Origin: Octopus sinensis
Taxonomy: Eukaryota
Assembly: GCF_006345805.1 (NCBI RefSeq)
Contig: NW_021833708.1
Span: 1-64,000, forward strand
Length of the DNA stretch: 64,000 nt
Reading direction: 5' to 3'
Position numbers and translations under genes: made by a program. How positions within the stretch are numbered: the first letter of the stretch is position 1; every line of letters starts with the position of its first letter. Below the pieces are notes generated by a model. That model made no database searches and was not told where the DNA came from. It saw only the letters and a list, made by a program, of their open reading frames with translations. This document shows positions 12,950-24,639 of the stretch, one piece after another.

Positions 12950-13495
12950 ACGCTTGTGTGTGTGTATGTGCTTGTGTGTGTGTGTATGTGTGTGTGCATG
13001 TGTGTGTGTATGTGTGTATGCTTGTGTGTCACACAAGCACACACATACAAGCACACACAAGGACAAGCAGACACACACACACTAGCACAAACACACACGC
13101 ACACACACATACACACACACACATACACACACACACACACAAGCACACACACACACACAAGCACACACACACACACACAAGCACACACACACACACACAA
13201 GCACACACATACACACACACAAGCACACACACAGGCCTGTGTGTGTGCGTTTGTGTGTGTGTGCGTATGTGTGTGTGCTTGTGTGTGTGCCTGTGTGTGT
13301 ATGTGTGTTTGCTTGTATGTGTGTGTGTGCTTGTATGTGTGTGTGTGTGTGCTTGTATGTGCGTGTGTGCTTGTATGTGTGTGTGTGTTTGCTTGTATGT
13401 GTGTGTGTGTGTGCTTGTATGTGTGTGTGTGTTTGCTTGTATGTGTGTGTGTGTGTGCTTGTATGTGTGTGTGTGCTTGTGTGTGTGTGTGCTGG

Positions 13496-13530
<35 letters not shown>
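12950..13530. repeat. Compound (CA)n/(TG)n microsatellite forming an inverted repeat centred on ACAGGCCTGT (13231-13240)
   Basis: ACAAGCACAC motifs on the left mirror GTGTGCTTGT motifs on the right. Confidence 0.85.
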
Positions 13531-13531
<1 letters not shown>

Positions 13532-13775
13532 ACCAATGAGACTGTGATAAGCAGAGCAATGTAGCAAACCAAAAGATGCAACACAATGACTGTTGTTAGG
13601 TTTATTAGTGTCAAGAAGAACATTCAGCTATAAATAATTGTTGAGATAAGCTGAAGTTTTTAATATTTATGTCATTTCATGGGAGATTTGAGAAACACAG
13701 TCTTCTTTAAATTGCTCTTTACCTCATTTTATAAGTTTTTAAAAACCATCTTACTTTCCTTTTTATTCAAAAGAC

Positions 13776-13859
13776 ATGGATGTAAATAAGATTATAAGCA
13801 ACATTCTGGATGGGGACTTTAAAGATGTCGAACGATTTATCAAAGAAAATCCTGAAACT
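13776..13859 (+). CDS. Coding exon 1, N-terminal ankyrin cap (MDVNKIISNILDGDFKDVERFIKENPET)
   Basis: Acceptor ttcctttttattcaaaag ends at 13773, ATG at 13776, donor gtaagt at 13860, phase 0. The acceptor implies an upstream exon (UTR or coding). Confidence 0.8.
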
Positions 13860-15472
13860 GTAAGTTTACTTTATATTGCTTCCTCAATGTTAAATGTTTG
13901 TTTATTATTTTATACACAATATTAAATGTTCCTAAATAACCAGATATATTTGTCCATAATATTTCATTTCTTTCTTTACCTCTTTCTTCTAATCCTCATC
14001 ATTGTCACTTTTTATAAACATTCAACCAGACAATGAGGCATGCCAGAATTGATGGAATGTGAGTGAGAGAGAAACCCATCCTCACACACTGCAATGGAGT
14101 ATTCTGGCAGGAAATATTCAGTCCAAGAGATGGGGGAAAGATGGACCCAATAGATAAATGATGACTTTGTCAAGAAATTCTCTTGCCATACACAGTTGAA
14201 GGTTTTACCGATGTCATGGGCTACGCTATATCTTTTGCAGAAGTTGTCAAACATAACCAAAACACTGGGGAGTCACGTAGGAATCAGACCCCTGCTTGAA
14301 CCGGCTTTATGGAACTGTACTGGGGCTCATTGAATAGAGAAAGATACCCAAAGGGACAAAGATGATGGTTGTTTATGACTTTTTACTTCATAATTGAAAT
14401 ATTGGAAGTTAGAATGACTGGCTGGTAGTCAGCAGACAGGACACTATCAGCAAGAATTATAAAACAGGGCTTCTCTAAGATAGTAGTACTTTCCTTCGGT
14501 AGGGATTGCGAAGAATTTTATAAGGACCAGGGAGCCAAGGAGGCTATGGTGGTACAAATATATGAAACTCAATGTGTAGTTGAGTTTGGATCAGAGAACC
14601 ATCATGGTTAGGGAGTGGTGGGTGGAATGATTCTGTAAAATCTATAGAGATACTCTTGGTAAGAGACCAGAAAATGAGGCTTTAATTTGGAAGGGAAGAC
14701 AGCTGACAAATGGTGAAATGCAGAAAAAACATCCTTTATTTTCTTGATGACCATCATACATGTATTTCAATGGTGGGTGAATGTCTGCCAGTTAGTGAGG
14801 GTAGGTGTTTTCCTCAAGGAGAAGTCGATAGTGTTGTTTGTACAGCTGTAATACAGTTGTGTATGAACCACTCACACCTTCTTACATATTGTATGGCTAC
14901 AAACTAATGTAAGCCCTGATACTGCTGCCGCATTTAGGCTCAAAATTCTGATCACTACTTTCATAATATTTCTTATTTTCTCCATTGTCTTTTCATTGTG
15001 TCTACCTTTCCATAGTTGCTCAATTAGTTGTGATTGGTGTCGTTCAAAGATGTCACAGATGTCTAATTACAAGTAATTACTTTGTAATAGATTCAGTGAC
15101 TAACATAAATAGATTTTCAATCTTTCCTTGAGCTTATGCATGAACTAAACAGTCTTTCTAAGCCTTTTCCAACTTGATTTACCTGTGCTCTACACCTTTC
15201 TTGTAGATTTGCTTTCATTCTTTTCCAAGTAGATCCCACATTGCTGTTTCACCAGACATATGACATCTGAAGATCCATGCTTCATTTCAAACATCCTGTT
15301 CTTCTCTCACCATTTCTTAAATCTCCTTCATCATTATAGCATTAAATAAAAGTGCTACTATGCCAGGCATCAGTGATAACAGTGTAGAATTTCATGAGCT
15401 TTACCAGGGAATACTAAACTAAAATCTCTCTCCTTTGATATATTTTATATATCTTCTCTTTCTTCTCTTCAG

Positions 15473-15624
15473 GTCAACCAAATAAACTCACACAGTAAAA
15501 CTTTCTTAATGGCAGCTTGTGAACAGGGCAGCACAAGTCTAATAGCCTTCTTGATAGAATCTGGAGCCAATATGGACATGAGTGACAAGGAAGGTCTGAC
15601 AGCATTACATTATGCTGTGATTAG
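15473..15624 (+). CDS. Coding exon 2, ankyrin repeats (VNQINSHSKTFLMAACEQGSTSLIAFLIESGANMDMSDKEGLTALHYAVI)
   Basis: Polypyrimidine tract plus AG, donor gtaagg, phase 0 to 2, G-x-TALHYA ankyrin motif. Confidence 0.9.
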
Positions 15625-16554
15625 GTAAGGCTTGAATTAACTAAAATCTTCAGATCTGTTTTTGTTTTGAAATTTTTTGCAATTCCAGACTATTTGAATA
15701 TCCACAGATACCATAATAGTGACAGTGTGACACGATAACAGCATGATAGTAGTAACCAAATAACATCTTTTACTCATTTTCTCCATGAATCCTCTTCATT
15801 GAATCACCAAAATCTTTTTCGTTATTTGTTGTCAAAACAGATTATTTTTGTTTTCGAGATATTCTTTGAGATCCAACAGTTCTTAAGATTGACCCAATGT
15901 GATTCAGTGTCTTCTCTTCATATTGATTATGGAGAGATCGATCAATTTTTCTCCAAAGAAAATGTTATTTGAGATCTAAAGCAACAAGAAAGATTCTCAA
16001 GCTTGTTTTTGCAGTAAATAATCTGTAAATTTCTTACAGAAATTATTTCTCACCTCCATCAGCAACTCAACACATTTTGAGATCTATTATATTTTGAATT
16101 GTGCTTTATAAGGTCATCTCTGGACAATAAAACATGTTTTGAAGTTCTTGTTAGTTTCTATAGCTTCTGCAGTCACAAATTGTTCCAGAATTTTGCACAA
16201 ACACGCACACATCATCATCGTCATCGAATGTTGCTTTTCCATGCTGGCATGGGTAGGAGGGTTTGATAGGAACAGACAAGTCAGAAGACCACACCAAACA
16301 CTACTGTCTGCTTAGGTTTGGTTTCTATGGCTGGACGACCTTCCTAACACCAACCACTTTGCAGAGTGTACTGAATGCCTTTTACATGCCATCAGAACCA
16401 GTGAGGTCACCAATTAATTGCAAGACAAAGACCTCTCGACTGGTTGAGGTGGTGGGATGGGGGAGCTAATATTGCTGGAGAGAAAGGTGTCTTGCATTAG
16501 AAGAGGGACATGTCTCTCTTCAGATGGAGAAGACAGAGGAGGGAAACACTAGGT

Positions 16555-17450
16555 TAAAAAATTCTGTTTGGTCCAAGCAAAGAAAAAGGAAAAAATAGTG
16601 CAATAGGTGTGAAACAACATGTAGTAAACGAATACTCTTACTCTTTTACTTGTTTCAGTCATTTGACTGTGGCCATGCTGGAGCACCGCCTTTAATCGAG
16701 CAACTCGACCCCGGGACTTATTCTTTGTAAGCCCAGTACATATTCTATCAGTCTCTTTTGCTGAACCGCTAAGTGACGGTGACATAAACACACCAGCATC
16801 GGTTGTCAAGCAATGCTAGGGGACAAACACAAACACACAAACACACACGCACACATATATATATATATACATATATACGACGAGCTTCTTTCAGTTTCTG
16901 TCTACGAAATCCACTCATAAGGCTTTGGTCGGCCCGAGGTTATAGTAGAAGACACTTGCCCAAGGTGCCACGCAGTGGGACTGAACCTGGAACCATGTGG
17001 CTGGTAAGCAAGCTACTTACCACACAGCCACTCCTGTGCCTATGAAAAAAAATATGGCGAACGGGAGGTGGGGAGACGACTCTGAAAATTCAAATCTCAC
17101 CACTTCCCCATTCGTCGGCGAATTTTTTGTTCTTCATTTTCGTTTTTTACACATTATTTTACACCCAGTACTCTACTTTTGTTCAATTTTTGTGACGGTG
17201 TGGGTGGGTGGGGTGCGGACTTGGATGATTCACACGATCCGGTAACCTCACTAGACAACTGGTCCCAAAAATGAAAACAAGAAGTGTAATAGGTGTAAAG
17301 CAACGTTGAGTTTTCGGATCCTGTGAGATTGATCGTGTGAATTTTCCGAGTCGTCTCCACCACCCCTCGTTCGCCAACGTATTCGTTTACTACATGTTAT
17401 TTTACACCTATTGCACAATGTTTTTTGCTCGAGTCAAACACTGGAGTTTA
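16555..17450. mobile_element. MITE with long TIRs; a SINE is inserted in the left TIR
   Basis: 17056-17091 is inverted relative to 17339-17375, and 16595-16634 is inverted relative to 17378-17420. Confidence 0.65.
16635..17040 (-). mobile_element. tRNA-derived SINE family C; other copies about 26190-26507(-), 51673-52032(+), 55305-55450(+), 55687-56047(+), 59040-59447(-), 62520-62700(-, decayed)
   Basis: Head gagtggctgtgtggtaag...gggttcagtcccactgcgtggcaccttgggcaagtgtcttct, central (TG/TA)n, tail cagtcaaatgactgaaacaagtaaaagag. Confidence 0.85.
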
Positions 17451-17456
17451 ACTTAT

Positions 17457-17490
<34 letters not shown>

Positions 17491-17871
17491 GTGGAAGCAC
17501 TCCGTCGGTTACGATGATGAGGGTTCCGGTTGATCCGAATCAACGGAAAAGACTGCTCGTGAAATTAACGTGTAAGTGGCTGAGCACTCCACAGACGCAT
17601 GTACCCTTAACGTAGTTCTCAGGGATATTCAGCATGACACAGATAGTGACAAGCCCGGCCCTTTGAAATACAGGTACAACAGAAACAGGGAGTAAGAGAA
17701 AGTTGTGGTGAAAGAGTAAAGCAGGGATCACCACCATCCCCTGCCGGAGCCTCGTGGATCTTTTAGGTGTTTTCGCTCAATAAACACTCACAACGCCCGG
17801 TCTGGGAATCAAAACCGCGATCCTATGACCGCGAGTCCACTGCCCTAACCACTGGGCCATTGCGCCTCCAC
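17491..17871 (-). mobile_element. tRNA-derived SINE with the same head as 520-803 but a different 3' half
   Basis: Reverse complement reads ggaggcgcaatggcccagtggttagggcag...cacctaaaagatccacgaggctccggc...ctctttcacca, then an unrelated tail ending accgacggagtgcttccac. Flanked by (TA)n. Confidence 0.75.
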
Positions 17872-18759
17872 TATATATATATATATATATGTATCTATAT
17901 ATATATATCTATCTATATATATATATATACACACATATATATATATATATACACACACATATATATATATACATACACACACACACACATATATATATAC
18001 ACACACACACACAAATATATAATAAATATTGGTTTGTTTATATATTCATTTATGTGTGTTATATGACCGCCATACTTCCTTGTTGGTCACTGTTTCTTTT
18101 GGCGGTAAAAATACGTCTCGTTGCCCTTAACAACAAACTTTCTCTTGCATAGTCTGTTGCTATGACAACATTACATTTGCAGACGTAGTTTTCCCGCCAA
18201 TTACGACGTGCTGTTGTTGTTGTTGTTTTTTTAGATTGATGAGAAATCTGCTATCAATTAGTTTGTCTATAATTTTCAGACATTCCATCTTTCGCAAAAG
18301 GATTACAATACATTTTTCAATGTATACCAAATATATAGATACTAACAACGGTACTTAATCCTTGTTTTGTATTGTACACTCGCTGGGATAAAAATATTTA
18401 TACTTTATACCCTCACCTATTAATATGTGTATACACACACACGTACACATTTGTTTACTGTGTATTAACGATTATACGTATTTCAGTGGCTCATATTACT
18501 CTGTCTGTCTTTCTCTCTATATACATACATATATATATATATACATACACATACATGCATATATATATATATAAATATATATATACATACACATATACAC
18601 CTATATAATATTATTGACTTTGACATTTCAACTAGCGATATATACATACATATATGTATGTATGTGGGTGTATATATGTATGTATATATATATATATATA
18701 CATACATATATGTATGTATGTGGGTGTATATATGTATGTATATATATATATATATATAG

Positions 18760-19450
18760 GCATACTTACACAACTGGGCCCCCACGACGAATTTGTTTCC
18801 TTATAACTTTTAGACAGATGGATATCTTTTGATGAAATTTCTATGACAAAAATGCTTCAAATGATGAAGATTCCAATTATATTGGAATTTGTTGTGAAAA
18901 CAAATTTTCAAACGTTGAGAAGTTGACTTAAATCCTTATAGAAACTTTCAGAAAAATGGATATTTTGTTTGTGTGAAAATTTCTACAAATCCCTTTCAAA
19001 GGATTAGATTAGGATTATATCGGAATTTAACATGAAAAAACGTTAAATATTTGGTGGATACACACACATATATACTGACAACATCACGGTTATTTTTCCA
19101 AAGTTCATCTTTCAGTTCTGATGTGTATCAGTGTATATCTCTGCGAATCCACCAATTTAACTTTTCTTCATATTAAATTCCGATATAAGTGGAATCTTCA
19201 CCATCTGAAACGGTTTTATTGAAAATTTCATTAGAAAATATTTATTTTTGGGAAAGAAAGCCGACTCGGGCAAACTTTCCCAATTTCTCTGCACCCACTA
19301 AAAATTTTTTCTCACAATAAATTCCAATATAATTGGAATCTTCGCCTTCTGAAGCATATTTTTGAAAGAAATTTCATTAAAAAATATCGTTTTTCTAGAA
19401 GTTACAGGGTAACAAATTCGTCGGGGGAGCACACTTGTGTAGTTATGTCT
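18760..19450. mobile_element. MITE with ~140-bp imperfect TIRs
   Basis: cccacgacgaatttg...gaagattccaattatattggaattt is mirrored by aaattccaatataattggaatcttc...caaattcgtcgggg. Confidence 0.7.
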
Positions 19451-19608
19451 ATACAGGCATGCACGCACACAGACATATATATATATATACACACGCGGCT
19501 GTAATATATATATATAGGTTTTTATGCATTTAATTGAACACGAGTGTATATTTAATGTAATTGTTAAGTGAATGTCTGTGATGTTTTATGTATTTTCCTT
19601 CCTTTTAG

Positions 19609-19765
19609 ATATAAAATTGATGCAGTGGCCTCCTTAGTTTCCAGGGGAGCAAATGTTAATAAGCAGGACTCAGACGGCGACACACCTCTACATCTGGCTG
19701 TGAGGAACAACTATGAAGATGTAGTCAAAGTCCTGTTAAGTAGCAAAGGAAATAACACTTTACAG
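19609..19765 (+). CDS. Coding exon 3, ankyrin repeats (YKIDAVASLVSRGANVNKQDSDGDTPLHLAVRNNYEDVVKVLLSSKGNNTLQ)
   Basis: ttccttttag acceptor, gttagc donor, phase 2 to 0, GDTPLHLA motif; lies within ORF 19568..19879. Confidence 0.92.
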
Positions 19766-20639
19766 GTTAGCGAATACATTTATATTTGTGTATATAGATA
19801 TGTATATATATGTATGTGTGTGTTATATGTATATGATGTATACATACAGTTTAGTGCCCCAAATTTCGTTTCTTCATAACTGATGATCCATATTATTTTA
19901 AATAAAACTTGCTGCAAGACTTCCTTTTCTACCCCACAAAGAAACCACCCTTTCTTTAAATTTTTTTCCCCGACACAAATCCCGCTTTTCGGTTAAGGGA
20001 AATACGAATCTGCAAAAAAATTGGCAAAAATCGGCATTTTTAAATTACCCCCACCCCCATTTCCTTCATTCTTTACTTTTTTCACAATTTTTTTTTTTTT
20101 CAGAATTTGCAGAAAAATACGGAAATGATGATTCGGACAAAAATTTCAAAACATTTCTGTAGTTGGGGTTAGGGTTAGTGTTGGGGAAAAAAAGTCAAAG
20201 TTGAAGAATTTTGGAGGGGGTGGAAATTCCACTGCCGATTTTTTGGCAATTTTCCGGAACCTCCGAGTCCGAAATCGGGGGGTTTTGGCAAAAAAATTCT
20301 TTGAATAAGCAAATTTAGGTGAAAATGGTGGTGGTGGTGGTGGGGGGACTCTTTTGAAAGTTGCTCATTTCCTTGTGTGAGAGTGTATATATATATATAT
20401 ATGTGAGAGTGTATATATATATATGTGTGTGTGTGTTTATATGTATATATGTGTGTGTCTGTGGGTACAGGTATGATATGAACCTCATTTATTTACTCCT
20501 CTCCATTTATTTACTCCTCTTCATTCCCCCTGTTTATTAATCTGATTCTTTCTCTTTTTCTGAAATTTTTCATTTTTGCGCTGCCCCCCCCCATCCACTT
20601 GACGCCATCTTTGATGTCTTTATTGTTTATCTTTTTTAG

Positions 20640-21406
20640 GTCACTCAGCGAAATAATAAAGGTTGGACACCTCTGCATCGTGCCTCGTATAATGGACACA
20701 CAGACACAGCTAAACTTCTCCTACAACAAAATGGCACTGATGTGAGGGTGGTAAACAAATATGGTTGTACACCTCTCCATCTTGCCTCGTATAATGGACA
20801 CACAGACACAGCTAAACTTCTCCTACAACAAAATGGCACTGATGTGAGGGTGGTGACCAACGCTGGTTGGACACCTCTACATCATGCCTCATATAATGGA
20901 CACACAGACACAGCTAAACTTCTCCTACAACAAAATGGCACTGATGTGAGGGTGGTGACCAACGATGGTCGGACACCTCTCCATCTTGCCTCTAATCAAG
21001 GACACACAGACACAGCTAAACTTCTCCTACAACAAGATGGCACTGATGTGAGGGTGGTGGACAACGCTGGTCGGACACCTCTACATCTTGCCTCATATAA
21101 TGGACACACAGACACAGCTAAACTTCTCCTACAACAAAATGGCACTGATGTGAGGGTGGTGACCAAAGCTGGTTGGACACCTCTACATCTTGCCTCTAAT
21201 CAAGGACACACAGACACAGCTAAACTTCTCCTACAACAAAATGGCACTGATGTGAGGGTGGTGACCAAATATGGTTGGACACCTCTCCATCTTGCCTCGT
21301 ATTATGGACACACAGACACAGCTAAACTCCTCCTACAACAAGATGGCATCGATGCCAATAAAGTGGACAAAGCTGGTGACACTCCTCTCCATCTGGCAGT
21401 TCGAAA
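20640..21406 (+). CDS. Coding exon 4: 7.5 near-identical 34-aa ankyrin repeats (102-bp units)
   Basis: Acceptor cttttttag ends at 20639, donor gtaagt at 21407, phase 0 to 2. Units start at 20640, 20742, 20844, 20946, 21048, 21150, 21252 and 21354. Consensus V-R-V-V-x-x-x-G-x-T-P-L-H-x-A-S-x-x-G-H-T-D-T-A-K-L-L-L-Q-Q-(N/D)-G-T-D. Confidence 0.95.
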
Positions 21407-22190
21407 GTAAGTCCCCAATGGATTTGGATTATCCAAATCTGTTTCTTTAATGTTTTCAATAACGTTTGTTTTCTTGTTTTGAGTCATTCATGTCATAATC
21501 CCACCATGGGACGTCGTGCTTCAACTCTCTCTCTCTCACACTCTAATGACACTGTAACCTACTTCATTAATTAATCATCATAATTATTTATGTTGTTGCT
21601 GTTGTACCTGACTAGATTCTTTACTTCATCTCATCCTTCGTTACCTCAACGTTACAAGTTCAAATCTTTCCTTTTTCTTCTTTTCATTCCATATAAAACA
21701 CCTCACCCCTCTCTCTTGTAATTTTTCCTCTTTCTCTGACCCTGGGCTAAATACAGAATCATTCCCTTACAGTGTTTAGTTTGATCTGTTTATGTTCCAA
21801 GTTCAAATCCTGCCAGAGTATTTATTAACAACCTGGAGTGAAAATCTGTACCAGTAATATCCAGGGTTCATTTAATAAATTGTCCTCCCTCTTTTCTCCT
21901 GTTTTGTGATGTCTGATTGCTGTTGGCAAAATACCTTGTGGTATTTATTTACCACACTTTATGTTCAAAGTTCAATCCTGCTGAGGTCACCTTGTCCTTC
22001 CATCTTTGCTAGGCTAATAAAATACAATACCAGTCATGTACTGGGGTCCTTATAATCCACATTAACGCTTCTCCCCATCCTAAATTTCATGGCTATATAA
22101 CAGTTGTTCATCATACCATATATAGATTGCCGTGTTTACTCAGGTGTGTATATATATCGTTGATCTATAATGTAGAGAGTATGTCGAATA

Positions 22191-22738
22191 TACGAGGGGG
22201 TACCCAAAAGTGGCCGGAAACGCTTCTGTAGGGCAAGGCCATTGAAGTTCAGGCTTCTGCTGCTGGAAGCCACTTGATGTGATACTCAGGCATCAGCCTG
22301 CCAAGCGGCATCTTTGAGGATGGTGCTGTTACCATGTGGTGCATCTTTGTTTTGCAGGGCTTCTCCCTTGTTCGAGTTTTGCAATGGCTGAAATGAAGGA
22401 TCAGCTTGCTTCCATGAAATTCTGTTTTGTGCTGGAGAAAACTGCAGCCGAAACAGTTGTCATGCTTCAAACAGTTTACAAGGACACTGCCATGATGCCA
22501 CGAGCAAAACACAAAATCAGGAGTGGTTTTCATGCTTTTTAAATGGTCACTTGTCACTTGAGGTCCAACCTCATTCAGGGCAGTTCCAGCACTGCTACAA
22601 ATAGTGGGAAACATGTCTGGGTCGATGCATTGCTTCAAATGGGGACTACTTTGACGGTGATAATAGTGTTAATACGTAAAACTAAGCAAAGAAAATAATA
22701 TTGCAAAATTCTGGGTCCTTCTGGGTCCCCACTTCATA
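22191..22738 (+). mobile_element. Internally deleted mariner element
   Basis: TA-CGAGGGGGTACCCAAAAG left TIR, decayed right TIR plus TA. Transposase N-terminus QLASMKFCFVLEKTAAETVVMLQTVYKDTAM. Confidence 0.75.
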
Positions 22739-22983
22739 TATATATATTTATATTAAAGGGTAAAATCATAAATGATTTTTACCAAGTGGTCAGCGCGGAA
22801 ATATAACCACATAGGTAAATTTTTATAAACAATTTATAATTATATACATAATTATAACAAGGGCTTGGCTTGCTCCTCACCACGCACTGAAAAATAGACA
22901 TCAAAAGACACTATTGCCACCATTAATTCTCCGAGAAAAACACAGTACATGTGTTATAATTATGTATATAATTGTATAATGTT

Positions 22984-23016
<33 letters not shown>

Positions 23017-23426
23017 ATATGTAGGATCCAAGGATTGAGACGAGTAGGAGGTGAGCTTTCAGAACAAAAAGGGTTTTATTGGGGTGCAAGGTTGTTGGTT
23101 TTTCCCTTACCGCATCTTTGTGTTTGAAATGTGCCTCCTATTGACAGTGTAAAACTTGATTTAATCAAGACACCCTTGGTCTGAAGAGTGGCCTGTGGTA
23201 TACACCTCGTTTGGATATTTACCAGTTCTGATGTTCCACCTGCTTTGAAACATACGTAGCCAGATTTTATCTTAACTCATATATATATATACACAAATGT
23301 ATAATGTGTATTGTGTGTATGTAATTATTGATGTAATTAGGTTATAATGACCTAATTACATTTGTTTTCATTGGTTAATCTAATAATAATAATTGTTTTT
23401 CCTCTCCTCTTTTGTATAACTTTCAG

Positions 23427-23462
23427 GCAACAATATGGTGTGGTATCGTGATGCTGGCCCAG
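23427..23462 (+). CDS. Coding micro-exon 5 (expected K-QQYGVVS-x-MLAQ), carries an apparent 1-nt deletion
   Basis: tataactttcag acceptor, gttagt donor. It is 36 nt where 37 nt is needed to join phase 2 to phase 0. As given it reads ...GTA TCG TGA (stop); adding one base restores ankyrin helix 2 (VVSxMLAQ-DSVKLDIEN). Confidence 0.7.
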
Positions 23463-23774
23463 GTTAGTTAACAAATACATATTATATCCTCTCTCTAGTA
23501 TTCAATATTTATATCATCAAAATACCAGTGAAATTCTGGGAGTAGATTTAATCAACTGCACTGCAGCAGCCTTTAAATAGCAGGTCTTGGGTCTGTGAAG
23601 AATAATTATGTTGGTAATAACAATGATGATAGTAGTCGTAGTGATAACAGTCCAACTGACCACCACTGCTGATAGTACTATCTTTAATGGTCAGACAAAA
23701 CAAGATCATTATGAATTCAACCCATATATATCAGATTATATATATCATCATCAAACACTCTGCCAAATGCCCAT

Positions 23775-23847
23775 GGGCATATGGCATAGTGGTTAATAGT
23801 ACAGGCTACTAACCCCAAGATTCCGAGTTCAGTTACAGACCGTGACT

Positions 23848-23896
<49 letters not shown>

Positions 23897-24050
23897 CAAC
23901 AACATTGAAAAATACCTTTGGAATGAGAACATAGGTTCGAAATTTCCTCGAGACACCTGACAAAGGCTGGAGAGTATATCAGCCGAAACATTGTGTTAAC
24001 AACAAACAAGATGAGGACAAATACATCAAATGTAAATAATGTAAATAATG
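23775..24050 (+). mobile_element. tRNA-headed SINE-like element with internal (AAT)n and a decayed minimal hammerhead motif
   Basis: A box TGGCATAGTGG (23782-23792), decayed B box, (AAT)n, hammerhead-like 23952-23997, tail (TGTAAATAA)2. Confidence 0.65.
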
Positions 24051-24639
24051 ATGATGATCATTTTAGTGTCTGTCCTCATGTTGTGTGTGTGTGTAAATTG
24101 TTGGTGTCTGCATTTTATCTTGTGTCCAATAATTATTTTGCTTCTTGGCTGCTTTTTCCCTCTGCACGTATGTATAAATGTGTGTCTATATATATATTAT
24201 ATATATATATATAATATATATATTATGTATACCCAGAAAGAGAGTTACTCTTGTCAGACACATTGCACACTCAGATTATGCAGCAGAAATAAGTTAAAGG
24301 TCCTTGTCCCCAGCAACTAAGCTAAATGAGGGCATGCTACACACAGTCTCTATTGCTTCATTAATCCATTATCATCAGTACATGATGAATCAACTTCCCT
24401 TCTCCTCTCTCCCTGCCTAACTCAACGGATTAACTACCCTTACTGTATTTGTCTACCTAACTTATTTACCTGTATTTGTATTAACATGGCTTTGCATGAA
24501 TGCCGGGATGCAACACCCTCCACTGTTGGTGGTGACAATACCTGATTAACTCCTCTTTACAGGTATCCATACTAACACCTCTGTGCTAATGCCAGCACAA
24601 CACCCGCGTCCAGTGGTATTAGCAAGTGTTACATGAATG

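Noticed and set aside
12898-13623. Long His/Thr- and Cys/Val-rich ORFs (also 45357-46186, 57908-58282, 58697-59138, 41885-42349)
   Set aside because: They are translations of (CA)n, (CATA)n, (CTAT)n and (AAT)n microsatellites.
20160-20350. G-rich runs (GGGGTTAGGGTTAG, (GGT)n) 300-500 bp upstream of the variable ankyrin exon as a recombination trigger
   Set aside because: They appear to belong to a decayed, indel-rich repeat, and nothing in the sequence links them to the exon's repeat turnover.
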